A stretch of 60,977 bases of DNA, filler included, from Hausera hauseri (lineage: Eukaryota): the NCBI GenBank assembly GCA_046269625.1. It is 12 parts of 12 records of this genome, joined end to end, with 100 filler letters (N's around TTAATTAATTAA, not from the genome) between each part and the next. Parts side by side here need not be neighbours in the genome. Positions count along the whole stretch, not along the records: positions 23,168 to 30,489 come from JBJURY010022564.1; positions 30,590 to 35,167 come from JBJURY010520458.1; positions 35,268 to 42,120 come from JBJURY010058773.1; 9 more parts are not named here. One strand, 5' to 3'. The notes under the pieces are model-generated. The model was not told the DNA's origin. It saw nothing but the letters and a program-made list of their open reading frames with translations, and ran no database searches. Positions 26,101-37,604 of this stretch are shown in pieces; within the stretch, counting starts at the first letter, position 1, and each line of letters starts with the position of its first letter. Both the position numbers and the translations under genes were made by a program.

Positions 26101-28745
26101 ACTCACCAGCGGACATGAGATCCTAGTTGTCACATATACATGACAGACAAACAGAAAAAATTCTGTTAGATTCTTAAGCTCTATTGCTGCTATTTTAAAT
26201 TGTTCACGGAATAGCATCATCTTGAAACAATATATGACTTTGCCCATCCATTTGGCTTGGTGGACAGCACCTGGAAGTTGAAAGTGGTACTTGGTTTCAG
26301 TCTCATGTGGTTCATCAAGAATCAGGAGACACAAGTTGATGAGTTCTCTGTAATCATCTCGTGGTATGTAGGCACTATCTGATGACAGGTAGCTTTGAAA
26401 GAAAGAGACCACTTCTTGTCGCAGTTGTGTCATGACTGGCAATAACAGACGCGCATCTTCTAATGACTTGAAGTTCTGTTGATCAATATTAGGCCAAAAC
26501 GACTGGAAGCGTCCAAATTTGGCAATGTTTGTGCTTTTACTCGGTTCAAACAATGTGGTAAACACCCCAGCGACAATTAATTCATGAACATGGTGACTGC
26601 ATGCAAAGTACAGAAGCTTTCTGCCAAGTTGCTGTTCAAGAAGAACACATGCGCCGTTGTGTGCACCTGTGTTGCTGGCTGTTGTGTCGAAACACATTCC
26701 CACAATGTCATCAGCAACTTCCCAGAGATTCAGCAACCGAATGGTAGCAGATGCTTATGCTTTTCCGGTTCCTGATGACGTTTTAGTAATGCCAAGTGTT
26801 TTGCTAACCTCGTATCCACTAACAGCCACGGCAACCCTATCAACAGTAAATTTTTGGTTTTCTTAGAAACTGTTTGTGGTGGTGTCCCTCGGAGGATTGC
26901 CATCTCTGGGAACAACTAAAGGTGTCTTGTTACTCCTCTGGAATTCGCCACGTATGTAGCTGTCAATGTATGACCTGTAAGCTAAACGATCATGTTGAAA
27001 TGTTTGCCGTGAAAGTGCCACTGTACTTAAGTCTTCCCTGTTAACTTCAGCTATTGCTGCTGCCAGTATAGCAAACTTTCTGTCACTCAGATTGAATCGA
27101 CCTAATGCTTAGGAATCATCGGGACTCTAGTGTTTTTTCAAGTAACCTGAATCTTTTGGATTCTACCTCTGTCATATCACATTCATCATCATCATCACAT
27201 TCTGACTTTAGACTTGTCAAACATCGTTTGTAGTGTGTAAGTATCTCAAACTCTATCTTCTCACTATCATTCTCATCATTATCACCAGAAATATTATCTT
27301 GAGAGCTGATTTGTGAAATTAACTTGTTTTCTCGAACCTTTCTCTGTTCCTCTTTCTCTTTTCGCTCGAGTTCTTTTAGTCCGCGGTTTGCTGATTGTTC
27401 CAATTGTTTATCAGCACCGTCAATCACCATTTTTCTCAATGTTCTCTGGTCTTCTAGACTCCATTAGACCTAAATGACCGAATTATTGATTAAGGAAATT
27501 ATTGAATGGTAAACTAATACCTTTAAAGTAAACAAAACATTTTAAAATTTCAAATTAAAATTGCAGACATTTAAACAATAATGGCCGCTGCAAGTCAATG
27601 CATAGAATATCAATTTAGTCAATAATTAATTTGTAAATAAGTAAGTACTAGAATTAACTAAATAAGCCAAATATGGAATTGGTTTATGCATTGTAGATTC
27701 CATACTATCAATTGTGAAATGTTATACCGTTACAGTGTAGCATTAACATGCATTTGCACAATTATTGCAGTTCACATGTCAAATTTAGTAATTTTAAGTG
27801 CTTTGAGCAACCCTAGACCTCTGCTAATCTCTAAGGAATTCTGCACAGGCATTTAATGATGCAAAAGGAAAGAGAATAGACACAATGCAAGTTATTATGT
27901 GGCAAATAATTGTCCCACTGCCATATGGGCCACCCTAATGGACCTTTTTATAACGGCGGAAATTCCGCAGGCTGAATTCCATTCATCACTGTCATCACCG
28001 ATGAAATACATTTGTAGGAATTTATGCTGACCATCTGAAAATAGAAGCAGGAAGCCGGCTTTATGATAAATTTGTCTTTTCACTTTGAAAGTTGACATGA
28101 ATTGAGCTGTTACGATTTCTGCGCCGAACGACGTCATTTGGAAGCATGAGTTGCATTTCCTGATGTTAGATAGGAAATGCTTTGATGCGGCGGTATGTCC
28201 GGCAAGCAAAGATTTTAATGGCATTGGCGGTTCTCCAAGTTTAATTTTTCCGGCGGCGCAACACATTCATTAGTTTCGCCATTACATTTCAGATCCTTTC
28301 AATAAGTACACACTTCAGTCATAGTGCCGATGAGAACATGCTGGTAGAAACTCTAATCATCAGCTTGGTAATCGTGTGATTACGGAGTCGAGTTTGACGT
28401 CTTTCAGCCACTCTCAGCCTGTCTCATTCATTCTGTTGAGAACGAAGCAGACCTGAAGCTGCATAACGATATCGCCGGGCTCGCAACGGTGCATGCTGCA
28501 CGTTGCTCTGCTGCTTCCGCGGCACGTATTTGAGACACTCTTTGTCAGTTTTGCTCGTTCGCTGATGCCCGTTCTTCCTCAGTTTGATTTGCATTTATTC
28601 GTCACACTGCTTCCGCTCCATGAGTACGACGACATAAGTTTGATCTTCTGCGACGCATTATTTTGATGAATTAAAGCAGAACGATTGCACTGAAAATGGA
28701 GAAAGTGGTTTCGGCTATATATATATATATATATGTTTTAGATAG
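23168..28745 (-). mobile_element. Helitron, degenerate Rep-helicase gene (5' part), interrupted by a hAT element
   Basis: TC...(TA)n 5' region at about 28716-28745; ATG 28658 (MRRRRSNLCRRT); CCAAGKIKL; FQMTSFGA; RRFNAPT; YDALQYP; Rep motifs LFITFTCNP, VEWQKRGLPQAHIL and KYVCKYLNKGSD; IGRLYTVHP...FFLRMLL. Confidence 0.93.
25167..27937 (-). mobile_element. hAT (hATm-like) DNA transposon with degenerate transposase
   Basis: TIRs TAGGGTGG(T/C)CCA. Perfect 8-bp TSD ATGGACCT at 25159-25166 and 27938-27945. Transposase motifs GMCFDTTASNTG, ACSHHVHEL, PRDDYREL and PGAVHQAKWM in ORFs spanning 25529-27439. Confidence 0.92.
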
Positions 28746-29229
28746 AAAAACATACAAAGCCTTGTACAAAATGTTAGTATATGGGAAATTTTAAATACAG
28801 AAGTGGCAATATAATTTAATTTAGACATTTGTGTTGATAATTAAGTCCAACAAACAAATATTTAAAGTAACCAAACAATTTGAATGGCCGAAAATGTTGA
28901 GAAAAGAACCAAACAAGCAGAATAAAAAAATCCAAGTAGGAACAATCGAAATCTAGGATTAAACAAACACCCGAAATCCAGTAGAATCAATTTTACGAAG
29001 ACCATCAATTTCCTGTACAAACTGAAACAGACTACATATAGTGAATGATTTAGACTTATAGTTGCTGAAGGATAACGATAATCACGAAACTGTTTCAGTA
29101 ATCGAAAACAGTATTATTGACAGTCGAACATTGACAGATACTGTTGAAGTAGTTTCGAAGATAGTTGAGATCTTAACGACGTTGATCTATTGACGCAACT
29201 CATTATTGCGATATTTTCTAGAAGGAGAT

Positions 29230-30489
29230 AAGGTGATTATTATACGTATATATCTAGTTAAAGCCGTAGTAAGAAAAATTATCTGCACGTATGGACCTCT
29301 CAATCAGATTTTGACCGATCGAAGAAATTTTACGAGTGAACTATTCAGAAAAATGACTAAAATATTCGAAATTGAACGATTAACTACAACGGCATACTAC
29401 CACCATTGTAACGGAATGGTGGAAAGTATGAATGCAACCGTTATATGTAATCTATTAACAGTTGTCGCAAAAGACCAAAAGGATTGGGATGAATTCTTGG
29501 AAGGGACTCAATTTGCTATTAATACGACAGCACATCCCGCAACCAGATTCACACCATTTTTATGATGTTTGGCCAAGAAGCCATATTACCGACCACTGTA
29601 GGAATGACGCCATATACGATTAATCCTAAAGATTTGAAACAAAATTTCGCTGACGTGCTGCAGATACGGCTACAGAAGTGTCGGGAAATTGCTAAAGAAT
29701 TATCTCAAGAATATCAAAAACAATTTAAAAGCAGTATGAAAAGAAAGCAAAACCACAACATTTGGAACAAGAAAATTGGATATACGTACACTACCCAGTG
29801 GCCAAGAAAGGCACATCGTTAAAGTTGATCCGTACTGGAAAAGGACCGTACGAGGTTACCAGAACCACGCCGACTACATTTTATATTAACAAAAATGGAA
29901 GAGGTTGTGTTAATTCAAAGAGTTGTCAAAAGGGAAATAAAACCGAATAAACGTTAACATTTAATAATAATTGCCAGACCGATATCGTACAGTTTTAGCA
30001 CTATCATTAATCGCTTCTTATCTTCCAAAAGCCAAAATTCGATGGATGATGGACGAATCCACCTTAGAAGTTATCTAGGGAATCCGCCAAAGCGGACAGC
30101 AACAAGAACTAATCGAGAAACAACAACATGCAGAAACATGGATGGATATAGTAAACTTAAAGTCGTTAATGGTCTACGATATGAATTGGAATAAATCATG
30201 CACCTGGTTTAGGGCAAATAAATTCGTTAAAGGCCACGTAAAATTTCAAATACTGTTCACAGACAAAATCAACAACATAACAAAGATTTGTGATTTCCAA
30301 TAAGAAATACAGCAGAAAATGTTGCGAATTGGACTTCGGACGAACATACAAATATAAATTTCTAATGTATTACTTCCACTTTTATGGAATTAAAGCGAAC
30401 ATAAATCAGCAGTTTGAAATAGTCATACAAACAAGTAAAAGAGGAAATTGTCAATATAATCCAAAGTGCTAACCCACAGAAGCGAATGT
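29230..30489 (+). mobile_element. Ty3/Gypsy integrase fragment related to the elements at 36005-42120 and 54586-60977
   Basis: ILTDRRNFTSELF, TTAYYHHCNGMVE, QKDWDE, TPF-LMFG, and the family-shared HYPVAKKGTSLKLIRTGKGPY (GPY/F). Confidence 0.85.
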
Positions 30490-30589
30490 NNNNNNNNNNN
30501 NNNNNNNNNNNNNNNNNNNNNNNNNNNNNNNNNTTAATTAATTAANNNNNNNNNNNNNNNNNNNNNNNNNNNNNNNNNNNNNNNNNNNN

Positions 30590-32472
30590 GGGTTCTTTGT
30601 CCAGTCCTTTGACATACATGCAGTATGATGATAACTCATGGTACTGGTATGCTGTAGTACTGCTTTACTGTGGATTGGCGCTGCAGCTGCGAACTGAACT
30701 GAGGATGGCCTCAAAGTCACAATATATGACAATCGGTACCTTCTGTATCTTCTCAAACTCCTTGAATTCCAGGTAATCCTCCTTGGGGAATTCTGCCCGG
30801 ATGCAACATTTTGTATTGCAATAGGTCTTGTGCTCCTCCGGCTTTTCTGCGGCTGTGTCTCCATTAAAATGGGTAAAGCATCTTTTGTATATTTTCAGCC
30901 TTGATTTATGCTTGGCTATTTGGGATCCTACAAGGCGCTCAAAATTCTTGATCCAAATAAAATTTCTCGTTTCTCCATCATCTAGCAGCAGCAGATCCCT
31001 ATGATCCTCCAATTCCTCCCTGCATACTTGTAAGGGATAAAATTTGTCTTCCTGAAATACGAAGATTTTGATGGCGATGTTGTACATACTTTCAAATTTT
31101 GTCACTTCATCTAAGCTTGGCGGGAATGAAATACAGTTGAAGTCGTATATGTGATGCACTTTGTCATATATGCAAACTCGGAAAGCATTATGTTGATCCT
31201 GGATTAGTTTTGACAAAATAGAATACATGAAACACATGCTGTCCTCATTATGGACATTGATGCATGCTTTTTTCTTAACTATCCATTCAGAAAGCGGTAT
31301 GTATGAGCAGCCTTTCATGGGAGAATTCTTGTGCTTTCTTCCGCTTCGCGGATGAGCCTTGTGTAGTCCTCAGTAATGAAATACTTAATGTTAGAGGATT
31401 TCAATACTGGTCTGTTCTTTGTCTTGAAGGCTCTACTAGATAGCTCTCCTTTAACATTAGTGAAGGTGGCTTCCAATTTGAAGTTCGCCTTAAGGGCCTT
31501 CAGCTCCAACAAGTTGTTCTGAAGAATTCCTGCTGCCTCCTCCTTTGAGTATTCCAGGAGTTTATGGAACGATGTCTGTCTTACTGCTGCTATCAAGTAT
31601 CGCCGCACTTTGCTCTTCAGTGCAGCTACATCAACTGGTTGCTGCCGTTGATTTTTTCGCGATACATAATTTGCTTCCACTTTGCCTCGTTTACGCTGCT
31701 TTGAGGATCCATTATGCAGCTCCAGGGATCCAGGGCGCTGTGCCGAGCTTGATGCTGCAGGTGCCGCAGATATACAAGGCATAACCGGAACAATGCCTCC
31801 TGTGTCTGCAGATGGGATTGGTATAACCGGAACAATGCCTTCCATCTGTGCAGATGTTGAAGGCATAACGGGAACAATGGCTCTCTTGAATATGGCCTTT
31901 TTGGACTTATCCGTAGAATCGCGCAAGTGGGTTTCATGAAATTCACAAAACTTACAGTATTCACCTGTGCTGACAGTTTCACATTCTGGGCATATAAAGT
32001 GTTCTTCACTGATCCAGATCCGACCATAATATTTTCTCATATTTTCAAGGCATTTCTGGACATCATGTGAACCATTTGACACACAACATGTGTATATTTG
32101 ATATTTTTCAATGTTCTGTTTGGGCGCATTTGATAAAATTGACATCTGAATATATAATTAATTTAGTAAATGAAAATTAATAAAATCACCTTTTGTGCTA
32201 AAAATCTTTGGAATATTCCTTTCTTGGATATTTTGAACATATTGATATGATGTCTATCACCATCAAAGAAATCATAATAACTGACTCTGCTCACCTCCTC
32301 ACATGTTGGGCATATGTAGAATTGAAAGCCATTGAACGACCATTTGTAATATTTTTTCATGATACTGTGGCTTGTCTGACCACCATGGATGATGGATTGA
32401 CAATTTGGATAAAATGTACAATTCTAAAAACATCGTTAATAAAAAAAGCAATGAAGAACAAAAACTTACCAT
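30590..32472 (-). pseudogene. Polinton/adintovirus-type pPolB gene, spliced N-terminal half
   Basis: KGCSYIPLSEWIVKKKACINVHNEDSMCFMYSIL, FIWIKNFERLVGSQ, VPIVIYCDFEAIL. Introns at 32424-32469 and 32146-32189. Frameshift or deletion near 31316 and a stop at 30665. Confidence 0.8.
31763..31880 (-). repeat. In-frame 42-bp tandem repeat, about 3 copies (IVPV(M/I)P..SA... peptide)
   Basis: GG(C/T)ATAAC(C/G)GGAACAATG recurs at 31778, 31820 and 31862. Confidence 0.85.
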
Positions 32473-32649
32473 TTTTTTGGAAATAATGTATATTATTTTT
32501 TATTGATTATTCAAAATTTTATTTATAATTTTGATGCAGTAAAACAAACTGACTTGGATACCTATTGTTTATATACATTTAAAAATAAACTCTAAATACT
32601 TTTTGTTTTAATACACTACTTTGACCTATTACGTAAATGGCGGGTTATT

Positions 32650-33250
32650 TAAGGTTTTCAAACGTGGGGAATCTGATGGTGTAATCATGATGGTGTAAGG
32701 AAAAAATATATAGCAGTGTAAATCAGGCAATATATCATATTTCCTAATATTCTAGAACATTTTGTTTTAATGCATAAATTGCATACATTTCACAGTGCCA
32801 TATTTAAAATTTGAATAAGGTTTTCATACATGCGCAATAGAATGGAGTGATAAGATTATTCCCGTAATTTATTCTTAACCGAAAATTATCGAATTTTTCA
32901 ATGTTTTATTCATTTCGAGACACTAGTAAATGTTTTACACATTCAATTTTTGGTATACAAAGGTTTTCGGACATGGAAAATCCAATAGTACTATTCGAAT
33001 TTTCGAAATCGATCGAAAAAGCGGATGTTTTATTTAAGCCTTTTTCGAATATCTGACGTCATATTCGGATTCTCCATATATGGATTTCTATCACTCTACG
33101 CTTTTACATTTTTCGATTTTGCTTCTGTTCGAATAGCAAATCAATTGTTCGAAAAGTTCGACTTGGATTTGAGTTTTCCAATATCTGACACCTGATTCTG
33201 ATTCCTCACATGTGGGTTCCTATCTACCTACGCTTGTAGATTTTTCGATT
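32650..33250. repeat. Dispersed direct and inverted subterminal-type repeats of a DNA transposon remnant
   Basis: AATATCTGAC...GATTC...CTACGCTT...TTTTTCGATTT at about 33049-33120 and 33181-33250; related AAGGTTTTC... motifs at about 32651 and 32959. Confidence 0.45.
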
Positions 33251-33521
33251 TGCACTTGCTTGTGTGCTAAAATCAACTTTATAGGTTTTATCGGAAAATC
33301 ATTATTATTGATTAAAGCACATTTGTACTGGCGCTCTCGGATTTCTCAAGAAATTTATGCTTGTCAAGATATTTGACAATATTAGGTGAAAATCGATATT
33401 TATTCGAGTTGTACACCGAATTTCGGAAACCTGAGATGGAAGACCCGGGTTACAATATGACACTTCCTATATGTTCTCGCTTAAATAATTGTCGAATTTT
33501 ACTTCATAAGGGCCTAAACCT

Positions 33522-33932
33522 ATGCGGGTTCTCCCTCAGTTGAACTTGGCACGCACACTATTCAAAAAGTGTTTGATCGATTTAAATTCTAAGTGCAATG
33601 TTGTAGCCAATCAAACACGCTTGAACTGCACTCTCCAAATGTGCTAATCATTAATATTGGAAATATCGAAAATACGATATTATTGATTTTTGCACTGTAC
33701 TGATCGATGCGTCTCGATTTGCTCTATCGATGCCCGATCGATTCGATCAATTGTGCAATGTGCAGCGATCGATTTGTGAAATGTGCAAAAGTGCCTCTAG
33801 CAACGGTGTCAAACGGATTCGTTGCCTAGCACTTTACCGATCGATAGTGTTCCATGTGTACTACCGATTAGCACAGTGCACTATCGATTTTGCACTGTGC
33901 ATCGTCCCCTGGTAGCGAGGGAGAACCCGCAT
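33522..33932. mobile_element. MITE-like element
   Basis: Perfect 16-bp inverted repeat ATGCGGGTTCTCCCTC (33522-33537 / 33917-33932). The internal core is nearly the reverse complement of 10221-10290. Confidence 0.65.
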
Positions 33933-34094
33933 TTTTCCGCTAAGGTTATTTATGAGTCGACATAATAGTTTGTATTTCATATTAAAGGGGTTTTTTATTA
34001 GTGGCGTTAAACTGTATTAACAATACGATAAAGACGCCATTTTTACAGCATTTTGAAAACTGTTAATTAGTATTGCTGTTAAAATAATCTTCAG

Positions 34095-34634
34095 ACAGAC
34101 GATTCCAAAACGACAAAAGATTCAAAAAAGCGATCTCCAAAGGGGTCCAAAAAAGCAAGAATGAAATTAGAATTTCACGAAGTTCAATCATTTAATCCCG
34201 ACGATCCCGAGGGAGATGATGTGTATGTGTGGATTTACGAACCTTTCAGTCCATGGAAATTTCTGTTGGGTGGTCTCGTTTTGCTAGTCATTCTCGGATT
34301 CTGCTTGTTTCCCATTTGGCCAGCGCAGTTGCGAACAGTCGCCTACTATGGATCTATTGGGTGCATGGGGGTGCTGGGTGTTCTCATAGGTCTTGCTGTG
34401 ATACGCGCTGTGCTCTTTGCTTTCATTTGGACTGTGACTTTCGGTCAGCATCATTTCTGGTTGCTTCCAAATTTAACTGAAGATTGTGGGGTTATCGAAT
34501 CTNNNNNNNNNNATAACAAGGCGAATAAAGCAAAACGGTTAAAATCTAAAGAAAATGGAACCGATAATGGATTTGCCATAACTAACGAAGTTAAATCTCT
34601 TTATAATGATACACCAGAAAAGAAAAGTCAATAG
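34095..34634 (+). CDS. SEC62: Translocation protein Sec62, terminal exon (10-N internal gap at 34503-34512)
   Basis: YVWIYEP, two TM helices, CLFPIWP, HHFWLLPNLTEDCGVIES. Acceptor TTCAG at 34090-34094 is in frame. Confidence 0.93.
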   Translation, partial: TDDSKTTKDSKKRSPKGSKKARMKLEFHEVQSFNPDDPEGDDVYVWIYEPFSPWKFLLGGLVLLVILGFCLFPIWPAQLRTVAYYGSIGCMGVLGVLIGLAVIRAVLFAFIWTVTFGQHHFWLLPNLTEDCGVIESXXXXNKANKAKRLKSKENGTDNGFAITNEVKSLYNDTPEKKSQ

Positions 34635-36004
34635 TCGTTGTGATTTCTTTTGGAATTTTCTGAATATACTGTTTTTAAATTTTCATTTTTAAATATTCCG
34701 TATTTTGTCTTTCTAAATTTCATTCCATATGGTCCAAGGAAGCTCATAAGCCACGAAGGATATTTGCGCATTTGCTTCACCTAGGCGCCGTTTGATTCAA
34801 ATTGGACCAATATGGTTTCAAAGCATCGTGAATCGCATGTATTTCAAATAATCAACTATTTTTTGAATCGAAATATTAATTTCATACATAAGGTTTGTAA
34901 ATTTTACTAACGCATATGAGACATAATGGACGATGGACCCATCGGTTAAGAACGACAATTTTGATTTAACAATATGCCTGGAATTTCCATACTTTATTGT
35001 AATTTTGTCCAAAAATTACAAGTTTTATTTTTAAACGCTTTTGTTACTTGGCTGAAATTTGCTATATCGTTCATTTTGAGATATTGTTAGGGTTCTTTAA
35101 TAAATATAACAACCTAAGAATACAAAATTATTCCAATAACTCAAAAAATCTCAACGTAACATTCCCANNNNNNNNNNNNNNNNNNNNNNNNNNNNNNNNN
35201 NNNNNNNNNNNTTAATTAATTAANNNNNNNNNNNNNNNNNNNNNNNNNNNNNNNNNNNNNNNNNNNNAAATTTACTTGAATTGGGTTACTAAAATTAATA
35301 TAATAGTTTAAGATTATTTAACTGAACTAAAATTAATAATTATAATTTGATAGCATAATGTATTTGTAAAAAAATATACCATATTTTCGGACAGAAGAAG
35401 TATTATAATTTAACGTACAAAATTACCTTACAGGTAAAGTCGTGTCCCTTGTAAGTTTATTTTTCAATTTTTAAGATGCAAATTTTTCTTCTTTCACTTT
35501 TTTAGTTTCTGATGTTTTCTAACCTAATTCTGCACTTCCGATAAAACCTATGTTTCCGTTTTGCTTCCGACGAAAGGATGGAAAGAACCACTATAATATG
35601 GCCATACGACGGTCTGTGAGCCGTATGTGGCTCTTAACATTTTGATGCGGCGTACAGAAAAAATAAGTAATTTAACCCCATAATTACCGAAAATTACACA
35701 TACCTAGAATTACCAAAACGATTAATTGACCGGGAAATTTATTATCGTTTATTTTTCATTTCACAATGAGTAAAGTCTTGTAAAAATACTAAAGCACTTA
35801 CCAATAATACCGTTTGTACAAAAGTGAGTTTACTAATATCAACCAAGCACACTGACAAGTTACATTCAATAAAAAGTCTATTTGTCCTTCTTTAAGCATA
35901 ATTTACATACAGAATTAGAGCATGAATCGCAAACAAAAATTGAGCAGAGTTTACAGAAGTCCTTTGTTTTGTTCGAATGACATATACGACAAGTTGTACG
36001 CTTG

Positions 36005-37381
36005 TGTTGGTTCAGTGTCCAAAATTTCAAAATGTCTCACAAGTTCAAAAATTCGGATTCTTGTCTCTCCTAAGAATGTTTTTATGATTTTTTAGGTTTT
36101 GTTGATTAAGAAGATTTTCTCGTTGTTGTTTTAATTCTAATTGATGTTGAATTTCTTTGTCAATTGCGTTTCTTGCAAAAAAGAACTCTAATCGTTCTTG
36201 GATTCTCCAAATGTAATAATCGATTCTATCTTTTACACGTAGTAAAAATGCTTTAATGCACATTAATTTTCAAATAGATGTTGTTTAATTTAGTTGTTTG
36301 TTTGAGATCCCTTGTATAGGTTTTAAAACAAACTTTAAGAGGAATGTAATTCTATTACAAGCAGAAATTACTTGCCCTTAATGTTTAATTTTATTTATTT
36401 TTATGTAAAGACGTTGGCCTAATTTGACTTCGGCCGTCTGCGCAGTTAATTTGTGGGTAGAAGTTTTCTTAATTAATAAGAAGGAAATGAATTAACACAG
36501 ATAACTTTTACACAAATAAAAAATAAAAATTACTTTCCTTTGCTTGAGAAAGCAAAAACCAAGAATTGGCAAATGTATTTATTGGTTCCTTTCCGGAAAA
36601 TGTCTGATACAATCAAACAGTGATCTAAGAACAGGTGATCACTGAGGCAACGAATTTAGAAATGAAACGAGAGTATCAACCTCGCTATAAACTTTGGCAA
36701 AATTTTAGAAAATCAAAATCAATGATTTAAACTAAGAAAATTTGTGCGAAGGGTATTCTAAAGTTATTCTTTTTATAGGGTTTTATTTTATGTGGGAATT
36801 GCTTTTTTACTATTTTTAGAAGTTTTCTGGGGTTACGGATTTAACTGTAGGTGTTATCATTTATTTTTAGTAATGTTGCGGGGGCATTGTTTTAGCTAGA
36901 AATCTAAATCTGGTGGTGTTTTTCAATGCGAATTTTTATCGCACAAGTGCACAATAATGTTAAATATTGGCATATTTTACAATTAAATTAAAATTGCAAT
37001 ATACAAATTTTTATCGTATTAGATATTAAATTTGCTCTAGGTTTTATGTCATTATTTTAAAACTATTTCGTCGTTAAAATGTAGCGTTAGATTAAACATA
37101 ACTAGACGCAGTTATAACAGCTTTATTGTTAATTCAAGTACGAGTCGCAAATGATTAAGGTAAACTCATCTTATCTAACTGAGTACCAAAGCATAACTGT
37201 TTTCTACCGATTTATAGAACTGCATTACTAACGTGGTTTTTCAACCGACACAGTTTTTTCATTCAATGATCAATAACTTAATAACAGTAACATAATTTTA
37301 CACAATCATTGATTAATAAACTTAGTGCTATTCTTTCATCATTAAGAAAAATTATTTAAAATTTTAATTCATCCCTTAACA
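36005..37381 (-). repeat. 3' LTR (1377 bp, TGTTA...CAACA)
   Basis: Starts with TG right after the PPT and ends TTTTGGACACTGAACCAACA, identical to the end of the LTR at 54738. Confidence 0.85.
36045..36263 (-). CDS. LTR-encoded small basic protein (72 aa)
   Basis: Homologous to ORF 54779-55000 (QERLEFFFAR.AI.KE.QHQLELKQQRENLL), with several synonymous differences. Confidence 0.65.
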   Translation of the reverse strand: MCIKAFLLRVKDRIDYYIWRIQERLEFFFARNAIDKEIQHQLELKQQRENLLNQQNLKNHKNILRRDKNPNF

Positions 37382-37604
37382 TCTTCCCCCCCCCTTTACA
37401 AAAATTTTTTGTTTTGGTAAAGAAAAAATTGATTAAACTATTTAAACGAGGTTGATCTTCTCGCTGCACAAAATGAAACGTACATAAAAAATATTACAAT
37501 TTGGGTAAAAAATACTACAATGATAAAAATAAAAAAATAAAGGTAAAATACAATAAAGAAAGGAGATAGAGGGAACTAAAATTACAAATGAAGTATATAC
37601 AATG

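Noticed and set aside
31763-31880. CRISPR-like repeat-spacer pattern
   Set aside because: The period is exactly 42 nt, in frame within a protein; the spacers resemble each other; eukaryotic context with no cas genes.
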